This document shows positions 25,851 through 34,021 of a stretch of DNA of 38,328 bases, one piece after another. This DNA comes from Myxococcota bacterium (GTDB lineage Bacteria; Myxococcota_A; UBA796; SXON01). Within the stretch, counting starts at the first letter, position 1, and each line of letters starts with the position of its first letter. The translations under genes were made by a program, and so were the position numbers. The stretch spans positions 1 to 38,328 of the forward strand of contig JAZKFH010000075.1 of the NCBI GenBank assembly GCA_040386535.1. Direction: 5' to 3'. Below the pieces are notes generated by a model that did no database searches, was not told the origin of the DNA, and saw only the letters and a list, made by a program, of their open reading frames with translations.

Positions 25851-27342
25851 GCCGCCGGGCTGGCACACATTCGTCGTGATCGCCGGCATGATCGGGTGCG
25901 CTCCGAGCGAGGCACCGTCGGTGTCTCCGGTCCCGGTGGCCGTCGCGAACGCGAGCGCGCCCGACCTGGTGTTGCTCCTGCCCTCGGGCCTGCGCGCGGA
26001 CCCGCCCGGCGCCCCCGGGCCCGAGGCGCAGTTCATCGAAGCGCTCGGGATCGGGGCCCTCGGCGAGCCGACGCAGCGCTTCACCGCCGCCTACGCCCAG
26101 TCCGCCGCGACCTACGTGAGCCTCGGCTCGATCTTCACCGGGCGCTACCCCACCAGCATCCCCCTCTGCGGCCTGTTCACCGACGGCGTGTCCGCCGTGG
26201 AGACCCGCACGGTGCAGGGCAATGCTCTCGCCAACCGGCTCTGGTGCGCGGACATCCCCGCGTCGGTGCCGACGCTCCCGGAGGTGCTCGCCCTCTACGG
26301 ATACCGCACCGCCTACGCCGTAGCGGGGGTGCCGGGCGCCGCCGGGCTCGCGCGGGGCTTCGCGGAGGTGGAGACCGTCCCGTTCGACGCGGACACCGGC
26401 ACCGACTGGCCGGCCCTGGCGCGGTGGGCCGGCGCCTGGTGGTCCGCGAACGCCGACGCGCCGCGGCTCCTCGTCGTGACCACCGCGGATCTGCAGCTGG
26501 TCGACCGCCCCGCCGTGCTCGACCGCATGGGGATCCGCCTGATGCTGGGCGAGACGGTGCCGCTGCCCGATCCCGCCCGCTCCGACGCCGACCCCGCCGA
26601 GGTCGCGCGCATCTACGGCGACGTCGCGCACGCCGCCGGCGCCGGGCTCGCCACCGTCGTGGACGCGCTCGAGTCCACCCCCGGCCGGGAGGCCCCCAAC
26701 CGCGAGTCCCGCGCCCGGTGGGTCTTCGCGGCCGCCACCAACGGCGTCTCGCTGATCGAGACCAGCGGCTTCTTCCAGATGGCCGTGCCCGTCGCGAGCA
26801 CCAGCTACATGCTCGACCGCACCGCGCGTGTGCCGCTCCTCGTCTACGCGCCTCCGGGCGGGGCCGGGCGCGGTGGCGAGAGCCGCCGGATCGTCGAGCT
26901 GCTCGATCTCGTCCCCACCCTCACGAACCTCGCCGGCGCGGTCGCGCCCGCGCGCCTGCCGGGTGTCGACCTGTTCGCCGGCCCGGTGTCCGGCACCGGC
27001 GACGAGTACGCCTACGCCGAGTTCGGCGACACCCTGCTGTACCGCAAGGGCGACCACGAGGTGCTGTTCCGCGCCTACCTCCATCACGGCACCGTGCTGG
27101 ACCCGCAGCTCGACGAGCGCTTGCGCGACGGGACGAACCACAAATATTTCACGGTCCATGACGTGCAGCGCGACCCCTGGCAGCGCGACAACCTCGTGTT
27201 CTCCCGCTCCGACCTGTTCCAGGCGCTCCGCACCGGGCTGACCCGCGTCCGCACGGGCCCCGCGGCGCCGCCGCCCGGCACGTGGGACGATCCGCAGCGG
27301 CTCTGGGAGATCCGGATGGCCCGTTCGCACGGCTACTGGTAG
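25840..27342 (+). CDS. Sulfatase/alkaline-phosphatase-fold lipoprotein with degenerate active site
   Basis: PDLVLLLPSGLRAD, FTAAYAQSAATYVSLGSIFTGRYP, TLPEVLALYGYRT, RVPLLV, VELLDLVPTL..LAG, DVQRDPWQRDNL; lipobox MIG-C. Confidence 0.8.
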   Translation: MRRRPPGWHTFVVIAGMIGCAPSEAPSVSPVPVAVANASAPDLVLLLPSGLRADPPGAPGPEAQFIEALGIGALGEPTQRFTAAYAQSAATYVSLGSIFTGRYPTSIPLCGLFTDGVSAVETRTVQGNALANRLWCADIPASVPTLPEVLALYGYRTAYAVAGVPGAAGLARGFAEVETVPFDADTGTDWPALARWAGAWWSANADAPRLLVVTTADLQLVDRPAVLDRMGIRLMLGETVPLPDPARSDADPAEVARIYGDVAHAAGAGLATVVDALESTPGREAPNRESRARWVFAAATNGVSLIETSGFFQMAVPVASTSYMLDRTARVPLLVYAPPGGAGRGGESRRIVELLDLVPTLTNLAGAVAPARLPGVDLFAGPVSGTGDEYAYAEFGDTLLYRKGDHEVLFRAYLHHGTVLDPQLDERLRDGTNHKYFTVHDVQRDPWQRDNLVFSRSDLFQALRTGLTRVRTGPAAPPPGTWDDPQRLWEIRMARSHGYW

Positions 27343-27390
27343 GCGATCGAGGCGCCGGCCCCGCCGGGCTATGCTGCGGGCGGAGGCGAC

Positions 27391-27927
27391 ATGGGGCTCT
27401 GGCTCGCGATGTGCGCGGTCGCTGCCGCGACCGTCCTCGGCTTCGGCCCGGGGGACGGCCGCGTGGCGCTCCGGCTCGCGTCCACCCTCCATGAGATCGA
27501 GGGCCAGGCCCTCGGCTTCGCTGGGCAGCTCGACACCGAGGCGCGCACCGGCTCCTTCACGGTCGACGCCGGATCGCTCACGACGGGCCTCGGCCCGCGG
27601 GACAGCCGGATGTTGTCCTGGTGCCTCGAAGCCCCCCGCTTCCCCGCCATCACTTTCGTCGTGACCGGCATCGCCGGCGGGCTCCGGGAGCTCGGGAGCG
27701 GCGCCGGCTCGGGCAGCCTCTCGCTCACCGGAACCCTCACCATCCGCGACGTCACCCGTGACGTCGTCGTCCCCGCCACGTTCGCGTGGGAGGGGGACAA
27801 ACTCCGCATCAAGGGACGCCACGAAATGAAGTGGACCGACTGGAACCTGCCCGACCCCTCGACCGTGCTCTCGACCGTGAGCCCGGACATGGCCGTCGTC
27901 TTCGATCTGCTGGCGAGGCCCTCGTGA
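27391..27927 (+). CDS. YceI-family lipid/polyisoprenoid-binding protein
   Basis: STLHEIEG, VDAGSLTTG..RD..M...LEAPRFPAITF, GTLTIRDVTR, TDWNL; GGAGG RBS. Confidence 0.9.
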   Translation: MGLWLAMCAVAAATVLGFGPGDGRVALRLASTLHEIEGQALGFAGQLDTEARTGSFTVDAGSLTTGLGPRDSRMLSWCLEAPRFPAITFVVTGIAGGLRELGSGAGSGSLSLTGTLTIRDVTRDVVVPATFAWEGDKLRIKGRHEMKWTDWNLPDPSTVLSTVSPDMAVVFDLLARPS

Positions 27928-28784
27928 GCGAGTCTGTAGGGGGAGTGGGCGTCGTGACCGAGCGCACCTTCGGAACGCTCAAGGTGCGGCTGGAGGACGA
28001 GGTCGCGTGGTTGGAGCTGAACCACGGCAAGGCCAACGAGATGGGCAAGGCCGAGATCGGCGCCTTCGAGGGCCTGTGCGGCTGGCTCGAAGCCGGCAAC
28101 GCCCGGGTGCTCGTCACGTCGTCGCGCCGCGTGTCCAGCAAGGGCACGCCCATCTTCATCTCGGGCGCCAACGTGACCGAGCGCTCCACGTGGGACACGA
28201 CCGCGATCAAGCGCCACGTGCGCTGGCAGCGCGCCATCCTCGCGCGGCTGCGGCGCGCGCCGGTCTTCCACGTCGCCGTGGTCGACGGCATCGCGCTCGG
28301 CTGGGGCACCGAGTTCATGCTCGCGTGTGACTGGCGCATCGCCGGCCCTTCCGCGCGGTTCGGCCTCCCCGAGACCAGCCTCGGCATCGTGCCCGGCGCC
28401 GGCGGGGCGAGCGAGCTGGCCATGCTGGTGGGGCTCCCCCAGGCGCTCCGGCTCGGCATGACCGGCGAGCAGGTGGGCGCCGAGGAAGCCCAGCGCATCG
28501 GCCTCGTGGATGAGGTGGTGGCGAGCGTGGACGCCGGGCTGGCCCGCGCGGCGGCGCTCGCGGCGATGGTGCGGCGGCGCTCGCCGACCGCCGTGGCGAC
28601 GTTCAAGGCGGCCGCGCTCGCGGCGGGCGGCCGGAGCGAAGACGAGCGGCGTCGTCTCGAGGCGGAAGCGTACGAGCACTGCGTGGACACCGGCGAGGCC
28701 GCGATCGGCCGCGCCCACTTCGCCGAGATCGTGGCCGGCGGCCCGCCTCCCCCGTGGAGCGCGTTCAAGGCCTGGCGGCCGTGA
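27924..28784 (+). CDS. Enoyl-CoA hydratase/isomerase (crotonase) family protein
   Basis: FISGANV, VDGIALGWGTEFMLACDWRIA, FGLPETSLGIVPGAGG; both catalytic Glu present. Start is GTG 27924 (GTGA overlap) or GTG 27954. Confidence 0.92.
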   Translation: MSESVGGVGVVTERTFGTLKVRLEDEVAWLELNHGKANEMGKAEIGAFEGLCGWLEAGNARVLVTSSRRVSSKGTPIFISGANVTERSTWDTTAIKRHVRWQRAILARLRRAPVFHVAVVDGIALGWGTEFMLACDWRIAGPSARFGLPETSLGIVPGAGGASELAMLVGLPQALRLGMTGEQVGAEEAQRIGLVDEVVASVDAGLARAAALAAMVRRRSPTAVATFKAAALAAGGRSEDERRRLEAEAYEHCVDTGEAAIGRAHFAEIVAGGPPPPWSAFKAWRP

Positions 28785-29113
28785 TCGGGGCGCTCCTGGT
28801 GCCGATCCTGCTCGGGTGCCACAACGAGCCCGGGCTCCCCGGATGTGACGGCGTGCGCGATCCGATCGCCCGCGAAGAGTGCCGCTACGACGCGATCAAG
28901 CCGCTCGTGGACGACGAAGCGGCGCTCCGCGCGGCCGTCGACTCGATGACGGACGCGGCGTCACGCGACCTCGTGCTCCTCCGGCTCGCGTTCGACCGTC
29001 CCGACCGCGGCCAGGCGATGTGCCGTTTGGTGAAGACGGCGTCCGTGAAGGAGAAGTGCGACAAGGTCGTCGGCCGGCCGCACCTCGCGGGTCCGCCTCG
29101 GCCGTCGCCCTAG
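28781..29113 (+). CDS. Small Cys-paired helical lipoprotein
   Basis: GTGA overlap with the crotonase stop; MIGALLVPILLG-C; two Cys pairs (C-x11-C, C-x10-C). Confidence 0.72.
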   Translation: MIGALLVPILLGCHNEPGLPGCDGVRDPIAREECRYDAIKPLVDDEAALRAAVDSMTDAASRDLVLLRLAFDRPDRGQAMCRLVKTASVKEKCDKVVGRPHLAGPPRPSP

Positions 29114-30106
29114 ATGCTCTTCCTGCTCCTCGCGTGTAGCGGCGGCGAAGCGCCCGTCGTGCGGCCCCTGCCCGAGGGCGCGGGCCCCGAGGTGTGCGCG
29201 CAGGAGCCCTTCGAGCAGCTCCGCATCGCGTGCCTCGTCGAGAGCGCGGCGCGCGCGGGCCGCGAGGGGGACGCCGACCGCGCCGAGGCCGCGTGCGCCG
29301 AGCTCCCCGCGGGGACTTGGCTCGACGAGTGCCACTTCCGCGCCGGCGAGGAGCTCGGCCGCGCGGGCAAGGTGGTCCCGGCCCTGGCCCATTGTGGGCG
29401 CGCGGGGCGCTTCGCCACCTTCTGCACCACCCACGCCGGTTGGGGCATCCCCCCCGGCGACGAGCCGCTCGCCAGCTGGCTCTCAGGGGTGTCCGCCCTC
29501 CCCGACACGCTCGAGATCGAGGGCGCCGACATCCTCCGCGCCCGGTGGTGGTTCAACCGCTCTTTCGGCACCGGGAGCGCCGATCCCGCCCTCGCCAAGG
29601 CAGCCCCGCCCGACGAGGCCGCGCACGCCCGCGGCGCCTGGGCGCTCGAAGCCATCCGCCTGACCGGGGGCGACCTCGCCGCCGCGCGCGCGTCCTGGGC
29701 CGCCGGCACCGTCCTGACCGGCGTCCCGCTCGACCGCCGCCTGGGTCGGTACGACGCGCCCTTCAAGGTCCCCGGCGAGGACGCCCTCGCGCGGATTTGG
29801 ACCTTCGGCGGCAGCCGGCGCTTCGTTGGCGAGACCCCCGAGGAGGACCTGGACATCGCGCTCCTGGAGGGCCTGTACTTCCACGAGCCCGTGGGCGCCG
29901 ACGCCTTCGCGCCCTTCCTCCGCGATCCCCGCCCCCGCGTCCGCTACACGGCGCTCCGCTGCTACCGCACGCTGCCGTCACCCGACGCCAGGGAAGTCCT
30001 GACCGCGATGAAGGACGATCCCGACCCCATCGTGGCCGCGCACGTGGCGGACGCGCTGAAGTACGAGACGTGGAAGGGGAAGGCGAACGCGCCGGGGTTG
30101 CGATGA
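29114..30106 (+). CDS. Lipoprotein with Cys-pair helical repeats and C-terminal HEAT-like repeats
   Basis: MLFLLLA-C; three C-x10/11-C pairs; FLRDPRPRVRYTAL and MKDDPDPIVAAHVADAL HEAT-like motifs. Confidence 0.8.
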   Translation: MLFLLLACSGGEAPVVRPLPEGAGPEVCAQEPFEQLRIACLVESAARAGREGDADRAEAACAELPAGTWLDECHFRAGEELGRAGKVVPALAHCGRAGRFATFCTTHAGWGIPPGDEPLASWLSGVSALPDTLEIEGADILRARWWFNRSFGTGSADPALAKAAPPDEAAHARGAWALEAIRLTGGDLAAARASWAAGTVLTGVPLDRRLGRYDAPFKVPGEDALARIWTFGGSRRFVGETPEEDLDIALLEGLYFHEPVGADAFAPFLRDPRPRVRYTALRCYRTLPSPDAREVLTAMKDDPDPIVAAHVADALKYETWKGKANAPGLR

Positions 30107-30137
30107 GGCGGTTGCGATGAGGCGGTTGCGATGAAGC
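30096..30137. repeat. 14-bp triplication spanning a stop codon between convergent genes
   Basis: GGTTGCGATGAGGC x2 plus GGTTGCGATGAAGC; the following GCAACC can pair with GGTTGC. Confidence 0.88.
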
Positions 30138-30162
30138 GCAACCCGAGCGCCTACCCCCCGCG

Positions 30163-32607
30163 TCACCCTCCAAACACCGCCTCGATCCCCAGAATCGGCA
30201 GGATCGGCAGCCCGAACCCATACGTCTGCGTTCCGTACGCCTCCCACACACCCGAGATGACCGGCTCGGCCACGCGGCGGTTGTAGACGTTCTGGACGTC
30301 CAGGTAGTACTCGAGGCGCCAGTGTTTGTACTTCGCCTGCTTCGAGATCTTCACGTCGAGGCCGTGGAAGGGCTCGGTGCGGCCGAACGCGTCGGGCTCG
30401 AGGAACACGGCCTCCTGCAGCAGCACGTCGTAGGCCTCGATCAGGTCTTCGCTGTCGGGCACGGTGAAGCCGCTCGCGAAGCGCCAGCGCCCGCCGAGCG
30501 TCCAGTTCTTGCCGAGGTCGGCGGCCGCCACCGCCACCAGTGTGTGCGGCTGGTCATAGTTGGAGGGGTACCAGGCGTCGGTGGGCTCCTCGCGGCGCTG
30601 GCTGCGCCCGTAGCTGTAGGCCACCCAGCCGGAGAGGCGGGTGCCGGAGTAGCGCACCATGGTCTCCAGGCCCGCGGCCTGCCCCTCGATCTGGCCGAGC
30701 GAGCCGTCCTTCTCATAGGCCGTGATGCGGGAGATCTTGCGGCTGTACGCGTCTACCCCCACCTGCCAGGGCCCGTAGTCGATGCGCACGCCGCCGCCGC
30801 CGCCGTAGCTCTGCTCCAGCTCCAGGGTGGTGCCCTCGGGCGGGCCCACGAGCATGTCGGTCGGCGGGGGCTGGTGGTACAGGCCCGCGTCGCCCACGAG
30901 GGTGACGATGTCGCCGATGGGGATGACGACGCTGGCGCGGGGCGACGGGGCGGCGCGGGGGAGCTGGCGGGACACCAGGAGCGTGTCGAGCCGCACGCCG
31001 AGCACGCCGCGGATCTTGTCGCCGATCCGCACGTCGCCGTACACGTCGGGGGAGTCGACGTGCGCGTAGAGCGGCAGCGAGTTGAGCGACATGCCGAACC
31101 AGTCGAACACCGCGTCCGCGCCCACGCTCCAGCCGAACAGGCCCTCGCCGTCGTCCGCGAGCTCGATGCGCCCGCCGCCGCCGTTTCGCTGCTGCGTCTG
31201 CACGCGATCGAGCACGCTGATCTCGAGCACGTTCTTCTCGTAGGCGTAGTACGGCTTGATCAGCAGGGGCTTGCCGAGCACGGCGAGCCGCAGGCTGCCC
31301 TGGATGCGGTGGGTCTCCATGCGGACCTGCGCGCGGCTGCCGTCGGCGGTCGAGGCGTCGATCGTGTCGATGTAGCCGAGGCCGAAGACGGAGGCGGGGC
31401 CGTAGTCGGCGCGCACCTGCCAGTCCCAGAACCGCGGCGCGATCTGGGCCTGCTCCGCGGTGACGCCCGGCACGAGGCCCAGCACGCCGTCGAGGTACGA
31501 GCGCCGGATGGCCGCGCTCACGGCGCCCTCCTTGCCGATGGGCGTCGCGACGTAGGCCCCGGCGAGCACGATGTTCGCGCCCACGCGGGCTTCGAGCTTG
31601 GCGGGCCGCGGCTTCGTCAACAGGTCGACCGCGCCGGCCGTCGCGCGGCCGTACCGTGCGGACTGGCCGCCCGGGTAGAAGTCGACCCGGTCGATGAAGC
31701 CCGGGTGCACCACGCTCGTGAAGCCGCCGAGGTGGTAGATGAGCGGCACCCGCACGCCGTCGATGTACACGCCGGTGTCGCGCGGATCGCCGCCGCGGAC
31801 CAGCAGCCAGCCCGCGTCGAGGGGGGTGCGTACCGCGCCGGGCAGGTTGGAGATCGCGCGGAGCGGATCGCCCATGGTGCCGGGCAGCGTGCGCAGCTCC
31901 TCGGCGGTGATGGTGCGGCGCACGACCTCGTCGCGTTCGCGGCGGTACACGCCCACCACGCCCGACGCCACCTCGGGGATGCGCGCCCAGAGCTCCAGGT
32001 GCACGGCCTCGCCCGGGCGGATGTCCAGGCGCTTGTCGTCCACCTTGACCGTGCCCGTGGTCACGACCGAGAGGAGCTGGGAGCCCTGGGGCACTCCGCG
32101 GAAGGCGAACCGGCCCTCCTCGTCGGTGCGGACGCTCTGGCCGCCCACGCTCACGAGGAGGCCGACGGCGGGGGCCTCGGGGGCGTCGGGCGTGCCACTC
32201 GGCGGCCCAGCGGCGGCGAAGCGCACCTGCCCGTCGACGTTGATGGGCGGCGGCGCGATCTCCAGCCGCACGGGCACCTGGACCGCCACGGGCACGCCGC
32301 CCTCGGTCGCGGGGGTGAACCGGACCCCGCGCATGGCGGCCAGGGCCGCGGCGGCGAAGGGCTCGTCGCCGCGCACGAGCACCACGGACTCGACGGCACC
32401 GGCCTCGTCGACGAGGAGCTCGACCTCGACGATGGCGGGCACGGCGTCGGCGGGGGCGGGCTCGTCGGCGGGCCAGGCGACCACGAGCGGCGCGAGCGGC
32501 GCGGGGGGCACGAAGGGGGGGGCCTCCGCGGTCGTAGACGCGGCTTGCCCCGGCGCCTCGGCGGGATCCTGCGCGAGCGCGAGGCAACAGAGCAGCGGTC
32601 CGATCAC
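30163..32607 (-). CDS. TonB-dependent receptor with N-terminal TonB_C-like and carboxypeptidase-regulatory-like domains
   Basis: VEVELLVDEAGAV..FAAAALAAMRGVRFTPA..G.PV (TonB_C); TDEEGRFAFRGVPQG; plug LPGTMGDPLRAISNLPG, LLVRGG, IDRVDFYPGGQSARYGRATAG; barrel end YDQPH, YLDVQNVYNR, LPILPILGI. Confidence 0.9.
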   Translation of the reverse strand: MIGPLLCCLALAQDPAEAPGQAASTTAEAPPFVPPAPLAPLVVAWPADEPAPADAVPAIVEVELLVDEAGAVESVVLVRGDEPFAAAALAAMRGVRFTPATEGGVPVAVQVPVRLEIAPPPINVDGQVRFAAAGPPSGTPDAPEAPAVGLLVSVGGQSVRTDEEGRFAFRGVPQGSQLLSVVTTGTVKVDDKRLDIRPGEAVHLELWARIPEVASGVVGVYRRERDEVVRRTITAEELRTLPGTMGDPLRAISNLPGAVRTPLDAGWLLVRGGDPRDTGVYIDGVRVPLIYHLGGFTSVVHPGFIDRVDFYPGGQSARYGRATAGAVDLLTKPRPAKLEARVGANIVLAGAYVATPIGKEGAVSAAIRRSYLDGVLGLVPGVTAEQAQIAPRFWDWQVRADYGPASVFGLGYIDTIDASTADGSRAQVRMETHRIQGSLRLAVLGKPLLIKPYYAYEKNVLEISVLDRVQTQQRNGGGGRIELADDGEGLFGWSVGADAVFDWFGMSLNSLPLYAHVDSPDVYGDVRIGDKIRGVLGVRLDTLLVSRQLPRAAPSPRASVVIPIGDIVTLVGDAGLYHQPPPTDMLVGPPEGTTLELEQSYGGGGGVRIDYGPWQVGVDAYSRKISRITAYEKDGSLGQIEGQAAGLETMVRYSGTRLSGWVAYSYGRSQRREEPTDAWYPSNYDQPHTLVAVAAADLGKNWTLGGRWRFASGFTVPDSEDLIEAYDVLLQEAVFLEPDAFGRTEPFHGLDVKISKQAKYKHWRLEYYLDVQNVYNRRVAEPVISGVWEAYGTQTYGFGLPILPILGIEAVFGG

Positions 32608-32708
32608 GGCTGGACGGTAGCACGGACCGCGCCGTGTGCCGACAGTCCAGGTGGGATGCCGGCCTCGTGGCCGGGCGTTAGGGCGGCGGCTCGCTCCGGA
32701 GTCCCCGC

Positions 32709-34004
32709 ATGTCCCGTCGCCCCCTCGTCTTCTTGGCCGCCTCGGCCGTCGTCGTCGCCGCGCTCTTCGCGGCCTGCTCCGGAGAAGAAGCCGTCGTGGT
32801 CACGCCCCCGGTGGTCGCGCCCCCCGCGCCGGTCGCCGCGCCGACCGCCGTGCAGGAGCCGCTCGTCGGCGGGCCCTACCCCACGTTGATCCTCTCCCAG
32901 GCCCAGTTCGTGAAGGGCCCGGACGGCAAGCCCAAGCCCGGCCCGGCGCTGATGACCTTGTGGCGCAAGGCGCCCGAGGGCTGGCAGACGGTCAAGGTCG
33001 AGGACGCCGACTCCAACGTGTTCCACAAGGCGCTCCCCTACGCGGGCGGCATCCTCACCATCGGGGCTGAGAAGGCCTGGTTGAAGGACTGGCGGTTCAC
33101 CGACGGGAAGTGGGCGGCCGCCGAGCTGTGGAACCCGAAGTGGGCCGGAAAGTTCAACCGCATCCGCGACCTCGAGATCGGCGATGTCGACGGCGACGGC
33201 GCCCCCGACATGGTCATGGCGACCCACGACTCCGGTGTCATCGGTGTCGGCAAGCTGGTGGACGGCAAGGCCGTGGTGGTCGAGCTCGACCAGGCCGCGG
33301 ACACCTTCGTGCACGAGATCGAGATCGGCGACGTGGATGGGGATGGAAAGCACGAGTTCTTCGCTACGCCGAGCGGCCGCAACCAGTCGAGCGGCAAGTC
33401 GCAGCCCGGCCAGGTGGTCATGTACCGGTGGGACGGCACGACCTACGTCCGTTCGGTCGTGGATGACCTCGCGGGCAGCCACGCGAAGGAGATTCTCGCG
33501 GTCGACCTCAACGGCAAGGGCAAGTCCGACCTGTTCGCCGTGATCGAGGCGGAGACCGAGCTGGTGGACGGCAAGGCCAAGGTGGTCAAGCCGGTCGAGA
33601 TCCGCCACTACACGCTGAAGAAGGACGGCTCGTGGACCCACGAGGTCGCCGCCACGATCGACGACAAGCAGACCCGCTTCCTCGTCCCCGGCGACTTCGA
33701 CGGCGACGGGCAGATCGAGCTGGTCGCCGCCGCGATGAAGACCGGCCTCTGGGTGCTCGAGCAGGGCAAGGGCGGCACCTGGACCAGCACCAACATCGAG
33801 ACGGAGTCGGGCGGCTTCGAGCACGCGGCCCAGGGCGCCGACCTCGACGGGGACGGCAAGCTGGAGCTCTACGTGGCCTCGGACGAGCAGCACGAGCTCC
33901 GCAGCTACGTGTACGACGCCGCCACGAAGACCTACGTGAAGACCGTGCTCGGGCCCATCCCCGACAAGTCGATCACGTGGAACATCACGAGCGGGAGCTT
34001 CTAA
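32709..34004 (+). CDS. FG-GAP/VCBS-repeat beta-propeller lipoprotein
   Basis: Signal ending LFAA-C; five Dx(D/N)GxG-type repeats (GDVDGDGAPD, GDVDGDGKHE, DLNGKGKSD, GDFDGDGQIE, DLDGDGKLE); GGAG RBS. Confidence 0.9.
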   Translation: MSRRPLVFLAASAVVVAALFAACSGEEAVVVTPPVVAPPAPVAAPTAVQEPLVGGPYPTLILSQAQFVKGPDGKPKPGPALMTLWRKAPEGWQTVKVEDADSNVFHKALPYAGGILTIGAEKAWLKDWRFTDGKWAAAELWNPKWAGKFNRIRDLEIGDVDGDGAPDMVMATHDSGVIGVGKLVDGKAVVVELDQAADTFVHEIEIGDVDGDGKHEFFATPSGRNQSSGKSQPGQVVMYRWDGTTYVRSVVDDLAGSHAKEILAVDLNGKGKSDLFAVIEAETELVDGKAKVVKPVEIRHYTLKKDGSWTHEVAATIDDKQTRFLVPGDFDGDGQIELVAAAMKTGLWVLEQGKGGTWTSTNIETESGGFEHAAQGADLDGDGKLELYVASDEQHELRSYVYDAATKTYVKTVLGPIPDKSITWNITSGSF

Positions 34005-34021
34005 GGCCGGAGGCCGCCGGC

